Assembly (NCBI GenBank): GCA_951813565.1
Contig: OX638351.1
Coordinates: 480,001-544,000, forward strand
From: an uncultured Poribacteria bacterium
GTDB lineage: Bacteria; Poribacteria; WGA-4E; WGA-3G
Direction of reading: 5' to 3'
Length of the DNA: 64,000 nucleotides
In this document: positions 48,351 through 57,652 of the stretch, piece by piece
Numbering within the stretch: position 1 is the first letter of the stretch
Layout: every line of letters begins with the position of its first letter
The notes under the pieces: generated by a model
What the model saw: the letters and a program-made list of their open reading frames with translations, nothing else
What the model was told of the DNA's origin: nothing
Database searches by the model: none
Made by a program: the position numbers and the translations under genes

Positions 48351-48601
48351 ATGCCAAAACCGAGTGCCTCCTCAAAAAAAATATATCGAAATTCACAAAA
48401 CCTGATATGTCTGACCAGGACAACACATTAGCAGATACTGATGCGCCACTTCCCAAAAAAGAGGGAGGACCTGTCCCAGCACCAAAATATACGCTTGAAC
48501 AACTTCTTGCAAACATACCAGAACCAGATCTTAAAGTGCTGAAGTCTAATTCTTCCGAAGAAGTGAATACAGGAAAACCGATAGGCAAGGAGGCATGGTA
48601 A
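48351..48601 (+). CDS. MazE-like antitoxin; RBS-linked ATG 48351 needs a -1 shift at A8 (48374-48381); alternative in-frame ATG 48407
   Basis: C-terminus YTLEQLLANI...EEVNTGKPIGKEAW is MazE-like; sits directly upstream of mazF. Confidence 0.7.
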
Positions 48602-48608
48602 ATTCGCC

Positions 48609-49046
48609 ATGTATATTCCACGACGTGGTGATATAGTGTGGATTAACTTTGATCCTCAAGCGGGACATGAACAAGCAAATGTGCGTCCTGCTCTTGTGCT
48701 TTCAGATGAACAGTATAATCGTAGGTTACGTCTTGCAATAATGTGTCCAATTACGACCCGCCGTGCTTCCTATCGAAGATATCTTGATGTCTCTATCCCT
48801 CCAGAAGTAACAATTCAAAACAAAGACTCTACAGGTTTAATCAAACTCACTGGCGTAATTCAGGCTGATCATATCAAAAGTCTTGATTGGTTAGAAAGAG
48901 ATGCAAAGTACGCGGGTGATATGCCCAATGATGCAGTAAATCAGGTTCTGCAAATAGTTGGAACACTCGTTAAAAATTTGGGATGTACAATAATTCAATT
49001 GCCTATGGCTGTTGAAAAGGCGTTGTTGTCCACCTTACGAGCATAG
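48609..49046 (+). CDS. mazF: MazF/PemK endoribonuclease toxin
   Basis: YIPRRGDIVWINFDPQAGHEQA..RPALVLS, CPITT, DHIKSLDW. Confidence 0.93.
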   Translation: MYIPRRGDIVWINFDPQAGHEQANVRPALVLSDEQYNRRLRLAIMCPITTRRASYRRYLDVSIPPEVTIQNKDSTGLIKLTGVIQADHIKSLDWLERDAKYAGDMPNDAVNQVLQIVGTLVKNLGCTIIQLPMAVEKALLSTLRA

Positions 49047-49086
49047 AAACTACATATCCGTATACATTTTCTAAGGAGATAGCGAT

Positions 49087-49554
49087 ATGTCTCAATCCAC
49101 AGACACCCATCGCACAGCGAAAGACCTATCACCTGAAGAATTAGCAGAATACAGCCGCCGCCTTGACGAGCATTTCCGAAATCGAAAGGTAGATGAGGAA
49201 TTGCTGCAACGCGCATGGCACACCGCGCATCGGATTGCAGCAGTGCTCTATGAAGACTTCGGGGCAACACAAGTCGCAGTATTCGGGTCGCTTACCGAAC
49301 AGGATTCGTTTTCAAAATGGTCGGATATAGATATTGCTGTCTGGGGAATTTCAGATGACGAGTATTTTCTGGCAGTATCAAAAGCAATGGATATTAGTGG
49401 ATTATTCAAAGTTGATTTGGTCGATTTTGAAAGTTCTAAAGGACTGTTTCGTGAAAGGATTCAGAGTCAATTAATTACTATCGAAAAAGGATTCACCTAC
49501 AAAGTGGACAGAAACGTGCTGATTCAGCGTATTTCTGATGAACGAAAAAAATAG
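49087..49554 (+). CDS. Minimal nucleotidyltransferase (MNT) antitoxin, 5' part of an apparent MNT-HEPN fusion
   Basis: VFGSL..FSKWSDIDIAVWG, VDLVD. Confidence 0.88.
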   Translation: MSQSTDTHRTAKDLSPEELAEYSRRLDEHFRNRKVDEELLQRAWHTAHRIAAVLYEDFGATQVAVFGSLTEQDSFSKWSDIDIAVWGISDDEYFLAVSKAMDISGLFKVDLVDFESSKGLFRERIQSQLITIEKGFTYKVDRNVLIQRISDERKK

Positions 49555-49982
49555 AGGAAACTGTAGGAAAAATTGCAGAAAGATTAGAAAAGATTAAGAC
49601 CGCCCCCGTTGAGTATAGAGAAGAGATAGAAACGACAATTGCCAAAAATCTTGTTGATTGTTATCGGGGTATGGAGAATATCTTTAGACGAATTGCGCTT
49701 GATGTTGACTTACGCATGCCCGATGGAAGTAGGTGGCATAAAGAATTGCTTGCACAGATGGTAGCATCACAGGTTGAACGACAACCAGTGATTTCTCAAG
49801 AGACGTTTGAACTGCTGCAGGAGCTTTTGGAATTTCGCCACGTTTTCAATAATATTTATGGAGAAGAACTGGTTTACGCAAGAATAGAAAAAAATGCTAA
49901 GCAAATTGGTGAGTTGTTTTATGTCCTCTCCAAAGAACTGGATGTCTTGATTGCTTTTTTAAATACACAAGAAAATGACTGA
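49551..49982 (+). CDS. HEPN (HepT-like) domain in the -1 frame after the A7 tract; first in-frame ATG 49671
   Basis: Frame open from IEETVGKI.. through YRGMENIFRRIA, WHKELLAQM, FRHVFNNIY. Confidence 0.8.
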   Translation: MEETVGKIAERLEKIKTAPVEYREEIETTIAKNLVDCYRGMENIFRRIALDVDLRMPDGSRWHKELLAQMVASQVERQPVISQETFELLQELLEFRHVFNNIYGEELVYARIEKNAKQIGELFYVLSKELDVLIAFLNTQEND

Positions 49983-51135
49983 ACATACGCTTATCCAACA
50001 AATTACCGACTTCTGCCGATTGCTCCGGCAGATGGGCGTTAATGTTACAACAACTAATCAACTCAGTTGGTGCAAGAGCCTTGAGTTGATTGACATTAGC
50101 GAACGGGAAACGTTTTATCATACAGCACGAACAAATTTGATTGCGAACCAAGCAAACAAAGAGACATTTGACTTGGCTTTCAATCTGTTTTGGCGGTATC
50201 CACGCCCCGAATTCCAAACTGTTGATACGGAAGGTGAAGAACCTGAGCCTTCTGCACTGCAAGACCTCTACGATGCTGACAACGAAGAGAATGTTATTGA
50301 TCAGTGGTTGGATTTTGAGCAGGAAAACGATGAGGAGGAAGGACAGGAAGACGACCCTATCGCTTATAGTATGGAAGATGTCCTGACCCGAAAGGATTTT
50401 AGTGAGTTTACTACGGAGGATATGGAGAAGGCACAGGATATTGTTGCAAAATTAGCAGCGATATTAGCAACAAAACTGAGTAGACGAAAGGTTATTAGCA
50501 AAAAGGGAAAGATCATTGACTTCCGGAGAAGTTGGCGTAGGAGTCTTGCACATGGCGGTGAACCGCTTGAATTAATGCGGAAACAACAGAAAATCAAAAA
50601 GACAAAAATTTTGCTCCTCTGTGATGTGAGTGGGTCTATGGATTGTTATGCGAAATTCCTAATCCAATTTATCTACGGCATGCAACAGGAATTGAGAGAA
50701 GTTGAGGTCGCTGTCTTCAGCACACATCTAACAAACATTACAGGACTGCTTCGGCGGAAAGGTTTGGCAGAAGGGCTGAATGAAGTTGCAAACGTCGTCC
50801 CAGACTGGTCAGGTGGCACAAAGATTGGGGAGAGTCTGTTAGAATTCTATCGGCAGTTTGCCACGTCTTTTTCTGCATATCGTTCAGTGGTAATCCTCAT
50901 CAGTGATGGTTGGGATAGAGGAGAAGCAGATCTGCTGCGCCGATCTATGGAGATGCTACATCGGCATGCGTATAAACTCATTTGGCTCAATCCGTTGCTC
51001 GGTAGCGACACCTATCAACCGATTTGTAGAGGTATTCGTACCGCATTACCTTATGTAGATTATTTCCTTCCCGCACACAATTTGGAGAGTTTGGCACAGT
51101 TGACAAAAGTATTGATTCCGCTCTGGGCAAAATGA
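49975..51135 (+). CDS. VWA domain protein (CoxE-like)
   Basis: LCDVSGSM MIDAS, WSGGTKIGESL, ISDGWDRG, IWLNPL. Confidence 0.92.
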   Translation: MTEHTLIQQITDFCRLLRQMGVNVTTTNQLSWCKSLELIDISERETFYHTARTNLIANQANKETFDLAFNLFWRYPRPEFQTVDTEGEEPEPSALQDLYDADNEENVIDQWLDFEQENDEEEGQEDDPIAYSMEDVLTRKDFSEFTTEDMEKAQDIVAKLAAILATKLSRRKVISKKGKIIDFRRSWRRSLAHGGEPLELMRKQQKIKKTKILLLCDVSGSMDCYAKFLIQFIYGMQQELREVEVAVFSTHLTNITGLLRRKGLAEGLNEVANVVPDWSGGTKIGESLLEFYRQFATSFSAYRSVVILISDGWDRGEADLLRRSMEMLHRHAYKLIWLNPLLGSDTYQPICRGIRTALPYVDYFLPAHNLESLAQLTKVLIPLWAK

Positions 51136-51178
51136 GTGGTGTCTGTAAACTATAGAAAATAAACAAGGAATTCTAACT

Positions 51179-52303
51179 ATGCAAGTTCAAGCAGCGGTGA
51201 TGCTCCAACCGGGACAGATAGAAATCCGCGAATTTGACAAACCGACACCTGCAGATGATTCCCTTCTGCTACAAGTTGACAAAGTCGGTATTTGTGGTAG
51301 TGATAAGCACATGTATCTCGGACACACAGCCCTGAAGTTTCCTGTCATTCCTGGGCATGAAGTTGTCGGTACAGTCTCCGAAATCGGCAAAAATGCTAAT
51401 CAAGTTATGAATGTGATGGGCGGTCCCATTAAAGCAGGTGATCGTATCACCGTGGTACCCGGATCAAAAAACTGCGGTAGATGCTACTACTGTTTACATG
51501 TCCCTGGACGTCCAACTTTATGTTCTGGACGGACTATTTATGGGTTTAGCAACAGTGAAACACCTCCGTATCTGAACGGAGAATTCTCTGAATATACTTA
51601 TATTCACGGCAACTCTTGGGTTTACAAAATACCTAAGGATATTCCCGAGGAAATATCTGTCCTGACAGAACCAGTAGCGGTAGCGACACGTGCTGTTGAA
51701 CGCGCATGTGCACCTGGATTGCCGCAGGTAGGCGATGGCTACAGCATTGGAAGCAGCGTTGCCGTGCTTGGGTGTGGTCCAATCGGTCTCCTTGTCATCG
51801 CTGTGTTACGGGATAGTGGGGCAGGGACTATCATTGCTACCGACCTTGTAGATAGTCGTTTAGAGATGGCAGAACAGATGGGAGCAGATGTCGTTATAAA
51901 TGTTGGGAATACCACGCCAGAAGAACGGGTTGAACAGATTCAATCTCTCACAAATGGTGTTGGTGTAGACATAGCAATTGAGTGTGCAGGGATACCTGCT
52001 GTTTTCTCTGAAGCATTAGATGTTGTGAGACGTGGCGGGAAGGTTATTGAAGTCGGGCACTACACCGATTCGGGTGAAACCCAAGTAAGACCGCATCAAA
52101 TTTGTAACAAGGACTTAGATGTCTGTGGGGTATGGGCATATCCACAAATCCAATTTCAAACAGCGTTGGATTTTCTTCAACGAACACGCGCACCATTGCA
52201 CAAACTGATAACACATCACCTTCCATTGAATCAATTGGAAATAGGCATTGATATGCTTGGCAAAGAAGGTGTTTACAAAATTGTGATTGAACCTCAATCC
52301 TAA
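51179..52303 (+). CDS. Zinc-dependent alcohol dehydrogenase family protein
   Basis: GICGSD, GHE, CGRCYYC..C, GCGPIG. Confidence 0.92.
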   Translation: MQVQAAVMLQPGQIEIREFDKPTPADDSLLLQVDKVGICGSDKHMYLGHTALKFPVIPGHEVVGTVSEIGKNANQVMNVMGGPIKAGDRITVVPGSKNCGRCYYCLHVPGRPTLCSGRTIYGFSNSETPPYLNGEFSEYTYIHGNSWVYKIPKDIPEEISVLTEPVAVATRAVERACAPGLPQVGDGYSIGSSVAVLGCGPIGLLVIAVLRDSGAGTIIATDLVDSRLEMAEQMGADVVINVGNTTPEERVEQIQSLTNGVGVDIAIECAGIPAVFSEALDVVRRGGKVIEVGHYTDSGETQVRPHQICNKDLDVCGVWAYPQIQFQTALDFLQRTRAPLHKLITHHLPLNQLEIGIDMLGKEGVYKIVIEPQS

Positions 52304-52358
52304 GAATATTCAACAAATATGCTGAATTATCATCAAACCACTAAATGAAATCCAATAT

Positions 52359-53360
52359 ATGGGTGAAAAAATGAAAAATCAAAAACGTATATTCATTTTA
52401 CTATGTTATTATCCTTTGTCGTTATGTTTCTTTAGTCTTGGTATAATAAAAACCTTTGCTGCTGGCGACCCACCTAAGAGACCGAAAGAATCTTCACTTT
52501 ACAGAACAATCGAAAACGCGAAAGCCTATGTCGTGAAGAACCAAAATAAAGATGGAGGCTGGCCACTAATATCGGGTGAAAAAAGTGATGCGGAAATCAC
52601 TGCTCTTGCCATCTGGGCTTTAACTGAAACGGGTTGGGGAACCGGATCGCGTGTTATTCGCAATGGCGTTAGATATTTGAAGAAAACACAGCGTGAAGAT
52701 GGTAGTTGGAACAACAATACCGCTCACACCGCCTTCGCTCTCATCGCCTTGGCAAACGCAAAGGCGGATGCCGACATACGATTTGATGGACTTCAATGGC
52801 TCAAGAACGCACAGAATCCCAGTGGAAGTTGGGGACGCAAAGACAAAAGTCCTGGACACCTTCTCTATACTTCCGCCACGCTTGTCGGATTTAAAAAACT
52901 TGGCTTCACATGGACGCGTTTCAAACCTGTTCTTACCGGCATGGAGTGGCTCGGTAATGGAGAACGAGTTAATTTTGAGAATGTTTGGCATCTGCCAGGT
53001 GGAACTCAGTCGGATATTTTTGTAACATCTTGGGCACTGCAGGGTTTATTGCCTGACTACGATCTTGATGAACAGATCGCTTGGTTAAAGCAATTCCAGC
53101 ATGAAGATGGTGGATTCCCCAGATTCAAGGGCAAACCGAGTGATCCAGAGGTGACTGCTGCCGTTATTATGGCACTTGCAGCTGGAAATGACCCACTCAA
53201 TACGCGACGCATTGCTATATCCTACTTCACAAAAGCACAAGAACCTGATGGAGGCTTTGTGAGTGATATTCCAATAGAACTCAAGACACCTACCGCGAAC
53301 TTACAATCTACTTGTTTCGCGCTGATCGCTATCCATGCAAAAACAGACAGTGACCGCTAA
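52359..53360 (+). CDS. Secreted prenyltransferase/squalene-cyclase repeat protein
   Basis: Repeated QW motifs QNKDGGW, QREDGSW, QNPSGSW, QHEDGGF, QEPDGGF. Confidence 0.82.
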   Translation: MGEKMKNQKRIFILLCYYPLSLCFFSLGIIKTFAAGDPPKRPKESSLYRTIENAKAYVVKNQNKDGGWPLISGEKSDAEITALAIWALTETGWGTGSRVIRNGVRYLKKTQREDGSWNNNTAHTAFALIALANAKADADIRFDGLQWLKNAQNPSGSWGRKDKSPGHLLYTSATLVGFKKLGFTWTRFKPVLTGMEWLGNGERVNFENVWHLPGGTQSDIFVTSWALQGLLPDYDLDEQIAWLKQFQHEDGGFPRFKGKPSDPEVTAAVIMALAAGNDPLNTRRIAISYFTKAQEPDGGFVSDIPIELKTPTANLQSTCFALIAIHAKTDSDR

Positions 53361-53392
53361 ATTATTTAAGAAAGAAATTGCTGAATTTTCTC

Positions 53393-53833
53393 TGTGGGAG
53401 GGGTTTTCAACCCCGCAGCATGCCATACGCGCATGCTGCGTTGATTTGGATGAATGCCTACACGCGCATTCAGCGTTGATTTGGCAGCATGCTACGGGGA
53501 ATGCCATAAGGCATTCGGACCCGGTGAATGACTAAAGACGAATGCGCCAAATCAACGGTATGAATGCCCTTTGGCATTCCCCGTATGGCATTCGCCATGG
53601 TTCATACCGTTGATTTCTTGATTTGGCGCATTCATCGTTGATTTGGATTTTATAGGTTTAGGTTCACAAATCGGGCGGACAAGGTTTCCCTCCCACAAGA
53701 GGTAATCCGGTAATTATGTGCTTAAATTGACACTTACTGGGTTAAGCGTAAGCAAAACCTATGGTCATCATTTTTGTAGGAGGGAACTCCGATTCCCGAC
53801 TAAAATGGATCCCGATTCGGAGATCGCTCCTAC
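53393..53833. repeat. Composite REP / mosaic-module region between convergent genes
   Basis: tgtgggagggg...ccctcccaca frame enclosing gaatgcc/ggcattc/cgttgatttgg modules, then a REP doublet at 53776-53833. Confidence 0.8.
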
Positions 53834-53890
53834 TAAAGAGGCGTCTGTTAAACCTAATCCATAAGCTAAAATGACACCTACTCGCGTCAA

Positions 53891-55420
53891 TCAAAATTCA
53901 ACCAGTAGCTGTGGGATAATTGCCGCACTTCGCGTAGGTTTTTCAACGTTATTTACTTGATACACAAGTCGCGCTAAAGCACCTTCCGTGAAATGCCAGG
54001 TCAACGCACCACCCAGTGTTGACCAAACCTGTTCATCAGGTTCTTGGTTAAATGCAAACGTGCTAAATTTCTCCATATTCGGATTCCATACATCATACTT
54101 CAACCGAACATCTAAAGTTTCTGTCAAAGGTAACTCAGCGTGGAGATAATATCCTTCCACCGTTGCGTTGCGATCTTCCGATGGAATTGGAATGTATAGA
54201 TATTTCAAGAGTTGTGTATCTTGTCCACGAACCCATTCTGCGGCAAGATCAAATCGCCACAACTTGAAACTTGTCGCCAGACCGACACGGCGTTTATAGA
54301 GCAACGTTGACGGGTTAACATCACCGTTTATAGGATTAAACGGATAACTATTGCCATCAAAATAGGATGCACCAAGCCAAATCCGCTTTCCAAAAACAGG
54401 AAGAGTGCCATTCACATGAACAAACAACGGCGGACTGTTATTTCGGATCGGTTTAAGAACACCGCCCCCACTCCCGTGCGGGCCGATTCGGATGCCTGTT
54501 CCCACCGTTCCCTCCGTGACAGTGCGGAGTGAATCTGGACCATCCGCAAGCGATAGCACATACGAGACGGGACCTACGAAACCGTTTAGTTGAAATCCGC
54601 GGTCAGAAATAAAACCGATGTTCTTTCGAACCAGATTATATAGAGGATTCGCCGCAGCGTCAGACTTCGTATCAATACCGAAACCGTGTCGAAACCGACC
54701 GATTTTCATAGACGCACCCTTTGGTAAAACGGGTAATCCTGTCAGGATAGCGTAAACAAATCCGTGGTCGTCTGCAACCTGTGTTCCTAACGGAGAAGTC
54801 GTCAGTAGCTGCTCACCTAATATGCTAACATGATCGCCGACATTCGTTGTTACCACAAATTCAGCAACGTGAATAAGCGTAGTACCACTGTTCCAATTGT
54901 CTCTATCAGGTATCAAATCCTGTCCGCGAGTTGGACGGCGGATATCCAATGCGCCGCCGAATATAAGGTCTCCAAACACACCACCGAGAAAATCAGAGCT
55001 ACCAGTATCCTCGGTTGCATCAGCGTCATCAAAACTAAAAACGTCTCCGTCATCAATATCTAACGCTTCATCCGATGCAGAGAGAACGTTTGAAGGTTCA
55101 ACATTTTCAGGTGTACTGGCAGCATCACCTGGGTAGGAACGGGCAAGAAGTTCAGCGATATTGCTAAATCCATCTTTATCTGAATCCGTCTCTTCAATAC
55201 GAAGGAAAGTTGACTGATTCATACCGTTGTGTAGGAATGCTCTGCCGTAGGGATTAGGCGAATCCCCACCCTTCTTTGAAAAATGGCATACGTTACAACC
55301 GCCTGTCCATTTATATTTAGCCTTGAACATTTTATAAAACGCTGGCAGAGCAAATACTGACTGCCCTGCGATCATAGCCCAAAAGAGAGCCATCGCGCAG
55401 AAGAGCAAAATTTTGCGCAT
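53891..55420 (-). CDS. Monoheme cytochrome c fused to an outer-membrane beta-barrel (Cyc2-like architecture)
   Basis: Signal peptide; LPAF...CNVCH (55297-55283)...NPYGRAFLHNG; DSDKDGFSNIAE loop; acidic linker; porin-like strands (KIGRFRHGFG, GYYLHAEL, RLKYD) and terminal Phe. Confidence 0.7.
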   Translation of the reverse strand: MRKILLFCAMALFWAMIAGQSVFALPAFYKMFKAKYKWTGGCNVCHFSKKGGDSPNPYGRAFLHNGMNQSTFLRIEETDSDKDGFSNIAELLARSYPGDAASTPENVEPSNVLSASDEALDIDDGDVFSFDDADATEDTGSSDFLGGVFGDLIFGGALDIRRPTRGQDLIPDRDNWNSGTTLIHVAEFVVTTNVGDHVSILGEQLLTTSPLGTQVADDHGFVYAILTGLPVLPKGASMKIGRFRHGFGIDTKSDAAANPLYNLVRKNIGFISDRGFQLNGFVGPVSYVLSLADGPDSLRTVTEGTVGTGIRIGPHGSGGGVLKPIRNNSPPLFVHVNGTLPVFGKRIWLGASYFDGNSYPFNPINGDVNPSTLLYKRRVGLATSFKLWRFDLAAEWVRGQDTQLLKYLYIPIPSEDRNATVEGYYLHAELPLTETLDVRLKYDVWNPNMEKFSTFAFNQEPDEQVWSTLGGALTWHFTEGALARLVYQVNNVEKPTRSAAIIPQLLVEF

Positions 55421-55480
55421 GATAAATTCCTTTTAATGAATGTAGAGCGAACTTGGAATCCGCCCTATGAGGTATAAGGT

Positions 55481-56458
55481 TTAATACGCCTCAAGGTCAA
55501 TCTCTTCTTCGCTAAACCGGATGTGCGCTTGTTTTATTAACGCTTCTATTTCATCCCACTGCTTACGCGTCTCGTCAGAAATTCCTTTTTCATTAAGTGC
55601 TTTAGCAAATTCAGTGAGCGTTTTGCTAAACTTATCTTGCATCTCGACGTACTCTTCCTTCTGATCAGCATTTTTCGGCGGTTCAAAATCGGAAATACCT
55701 TTGGCGTATAAAGCAAGTTTTTTAGCAGCGGCTACCGCTTCTGCTTTTCCCTCGCCTTTGTCAAAGTAGTCAAAGATTTCAAAATAGGCATCCACCATTA
55801 AAATCATGAGTTCCTTCAAGTCCTCAACTTCAGGCATCTCCTCAGGTGATTCTTCCGGTGGTGGTGTCTTTTCCGCATCCGATTTTGGCTTGCGTTTTAG
55901 AAATAGCGCATAGCTCATGACCAGTGTTTTTTTCGGGATCAAAGCGACAGCTTTTGATGCCTCTTCATGCCCTTTAACGGCTTCAATATCCTTACCGACC
56001 TTGAAAGCATCGTCTATTCCCTTGCCAACAAATTGCTTGAGAAATTTCGCTGATGCAATCGCATCCGATTCCTTGTGTTCATAGACCGCTACTTTCACGA
56101 TCTTTCCCTTCATGTTAAGTCCAACGGCACCGTCAATAGTACCACGCGGGCCTTTCACATCAACGAACAGTACCAAACCGATCGGTTTCTTTTGATCACT
56201 AATCGGAATATAGAAGATCGGTTTTTGGTCTTCTTGCCGAAGTTTAGCCCCTAATTCTTTCTCAATAGATGCGATTTTGTCTGGCTTGAGTATAACAGTT
56301 CGTTGAACAAATTTTTTCGCTTTTGGGAAGATAGCAGCGAGTTTCTCACCTGGCCACTCCGTTTCATGCGCGTCACTGAGTAGTGGGGTAATTACCATCA
56401 AGGAAACTAACATAAGCAGCATGCCCGTATGAGACGGACGGTATATTTGGGAATTCAT
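55481..56458 (-). CDS. Secreted FMN-bind-like domain plus C-terminal helical bundle
   Basis: VGLNMKGKIVKVAVYEHKE..FLKQFVGK..DIEAV fits the FMN_bind fold; C-terminal helices LKELMILM...IKQAHIRF. Confidence 0.65.
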   Translation of the reverse strand: MNSQIYRPSHTGMLLMLVSLMVITPLLSDAHETEWPGEKLAAIFPKAKKFVQRTVILKPDKIASIEKELGAKLRQEDQKPIFYIPISDQKKPIGLVLFVDVKGPRGTIDGAVGLNMKGKIVKVAVYEHKESDAIASAKFLKQFVGKGIDDAFKVGKDIEAVKGHEEASKAVALIPKKTLVMSYALFLKRKPKSDAEKTPPPEESPEEMPEVEDLKELMILMVDAYFEIFDYFDKGEGKAEAVAAAKKLALYAKGISDFEPPKNADQKEEYVEMQDKFSKTLTEFAKALNEKGISDETRKQWDEIEALIKQAHIRFSEEEIDLEAY

Positions 56459-56474
56459 CTTTTTCTCCTTATTT

Positions 56475-56510
56475 TGGAATTATAGGGTGGGTGCCCACCC
56501 TATAATTCCA
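56475..56510. promoter_or_regulatory. Perfect 17-bp-arm intergenic palindrome
   Basis: tggaattatagggtggg-tg-cccaccctataattcca. Confidence 0.7.
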
Positions 56511-56516
56511 CGTGAT

Positions 56517-57533
56517 TTAGTCTGACTCCTCAACTTTGACCATGAAAGTAGGAAACAGAATTTGATCGGTGTGCTTAAGCTGACCGAAAATCTGATAGAC
56601 TCCAGCTTTCGGAAATGTAGTCATGAGCATTACAGCTGGGCCGAATTTCTCTGGCGTTGTACCTTGATGCTGATGTCCGGTTGCAGGAGGCTTTTTCATT
56701 TTATGTCCGGCATGCGGATCTTTCTTCATCATCTTGTCTGTCCGTTCATTCATAGGAACTGTACCATGCGTATGCAGTATACCATCTAAACGGGTACTTA
56801 CGATAGCAAAATGCATTGGTGCATCTAAAAATGGAACGAGATCAGTAATCGGTTTTCCATCGCGCGAAAAATGATAGGTGATATGAACCATCTCACCTGC
56901 CTTGATTTGTTCTGGCACTTTTATTTTTACGTGATATTTGGATGTCCCTTTACCATCAATGATAGAAACAGCTTTTGTAAACCGATCTCCGCCCTCTTCT
57001 GTATAACCAAAAACAACTTTTTCCCGCTGAAAATCATCAGAAATATCTGCCATTTTCTTATCACCTTCAACATCTACATACAGATATTTCGCGAATTCGG
57101 CATCTGCAGTCATCACATCAAGTGCAAGAATATATCTACCAGCAACAGGGAAAGTAAAGTGCACTGTATAAGTGCCTTCAAGTTCCGCCATCATGTCCCG
57201 TGACTCAAAATCTTCGGGATGAATATGTCCGATGATCTGTAGGTTCTCACCGACTATTAGCACATGCAGAATCCGGTCATGATGTATCATAAGGTCTGTA
57301 AAAGGTTCTCCCTTCGCATCAGTAAGATGAAACATCAGGGCTGCAGATACACCAGCCTGAATCTTTTGCGGCTCAGTGTGAAGCTTAACATTTAAGTCAG
57401 CAGTTTTATCTGCCTTATGTGTGCTGTGCTTCTCATGTTGCTCGGTAAAACCGAAGTCTACAAAAAACAGTGTAGTTACAACTATTGCTATAGCAAAACG
57501 AAAAATGAAAAACGTGGAAATTCGGGATAGCAT
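56517..57533 (-). CDS. His/Met-rich secreted putative heavy-metal-binding protein with two Ig/YtkA-like domains
   Basis: HHDRILHV..GHIHP, PFLDAPMHF..LHTHG, HAGHKM, HQHQ, FP.AG.Y twice; ATG 57533 after GGAGG. Confidence 0.7.
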   Translation of the reverse strand: MLSRISTFFIFRFAIAIVVTTLFFVDFGFTEQHEKHSTHKADKTADLNVKLHTEPQKIQAGVSAALMFHLTDAKGEPFTDLMIHHDRILHVLIVGENLQIIGHIHPEDFESRDMMAELEGTYTVHFTFPVAGRYILALDVMTADAEFAKYLYVDVEGDKKMADISDDFQREKVVFGYTEEGGDRFTKAVSIIDGKGTSKYHVKIKVPEQIKAGEMVHITYHFSRDGKPITDLVPFLDAPMHFAIVSTRLDGILHTHGTVPMNERTDKMMKKDPHAGHKMKKPPATGHQHQGTTPEKFGPAVMLMTTFPKAGVYQIFGQLKHTDQILFPTFMVKVEESD

Positions 57534-57652
57534 TTTAATTCCTCCATACATTTAACCCGTAAATTAAGTATAAATTCAAATAGATCAATTTCCCGTTGCC
57601 TCACACAAAGGTAGGGAAAGGAAATCGTTCAAATTATTTGTAAAAGTTACTT

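Noticed and set aside
9411..49551. A genome-wide programmed frameshifting scheme (9411, 33770, 48374, 49545)
   Set aside because: All are short deletions in simple runs and could be sequencing errors or decay; they cannot be separated without reads, so only the TA cases are flagged individually.
52359..53360. Squalene-hopene or oxidosqualene cyclase
   Set aside because: Too short, apparently secreted, and lacks the DXDD/DCTAE catalytic motif; only QW repeats are present.
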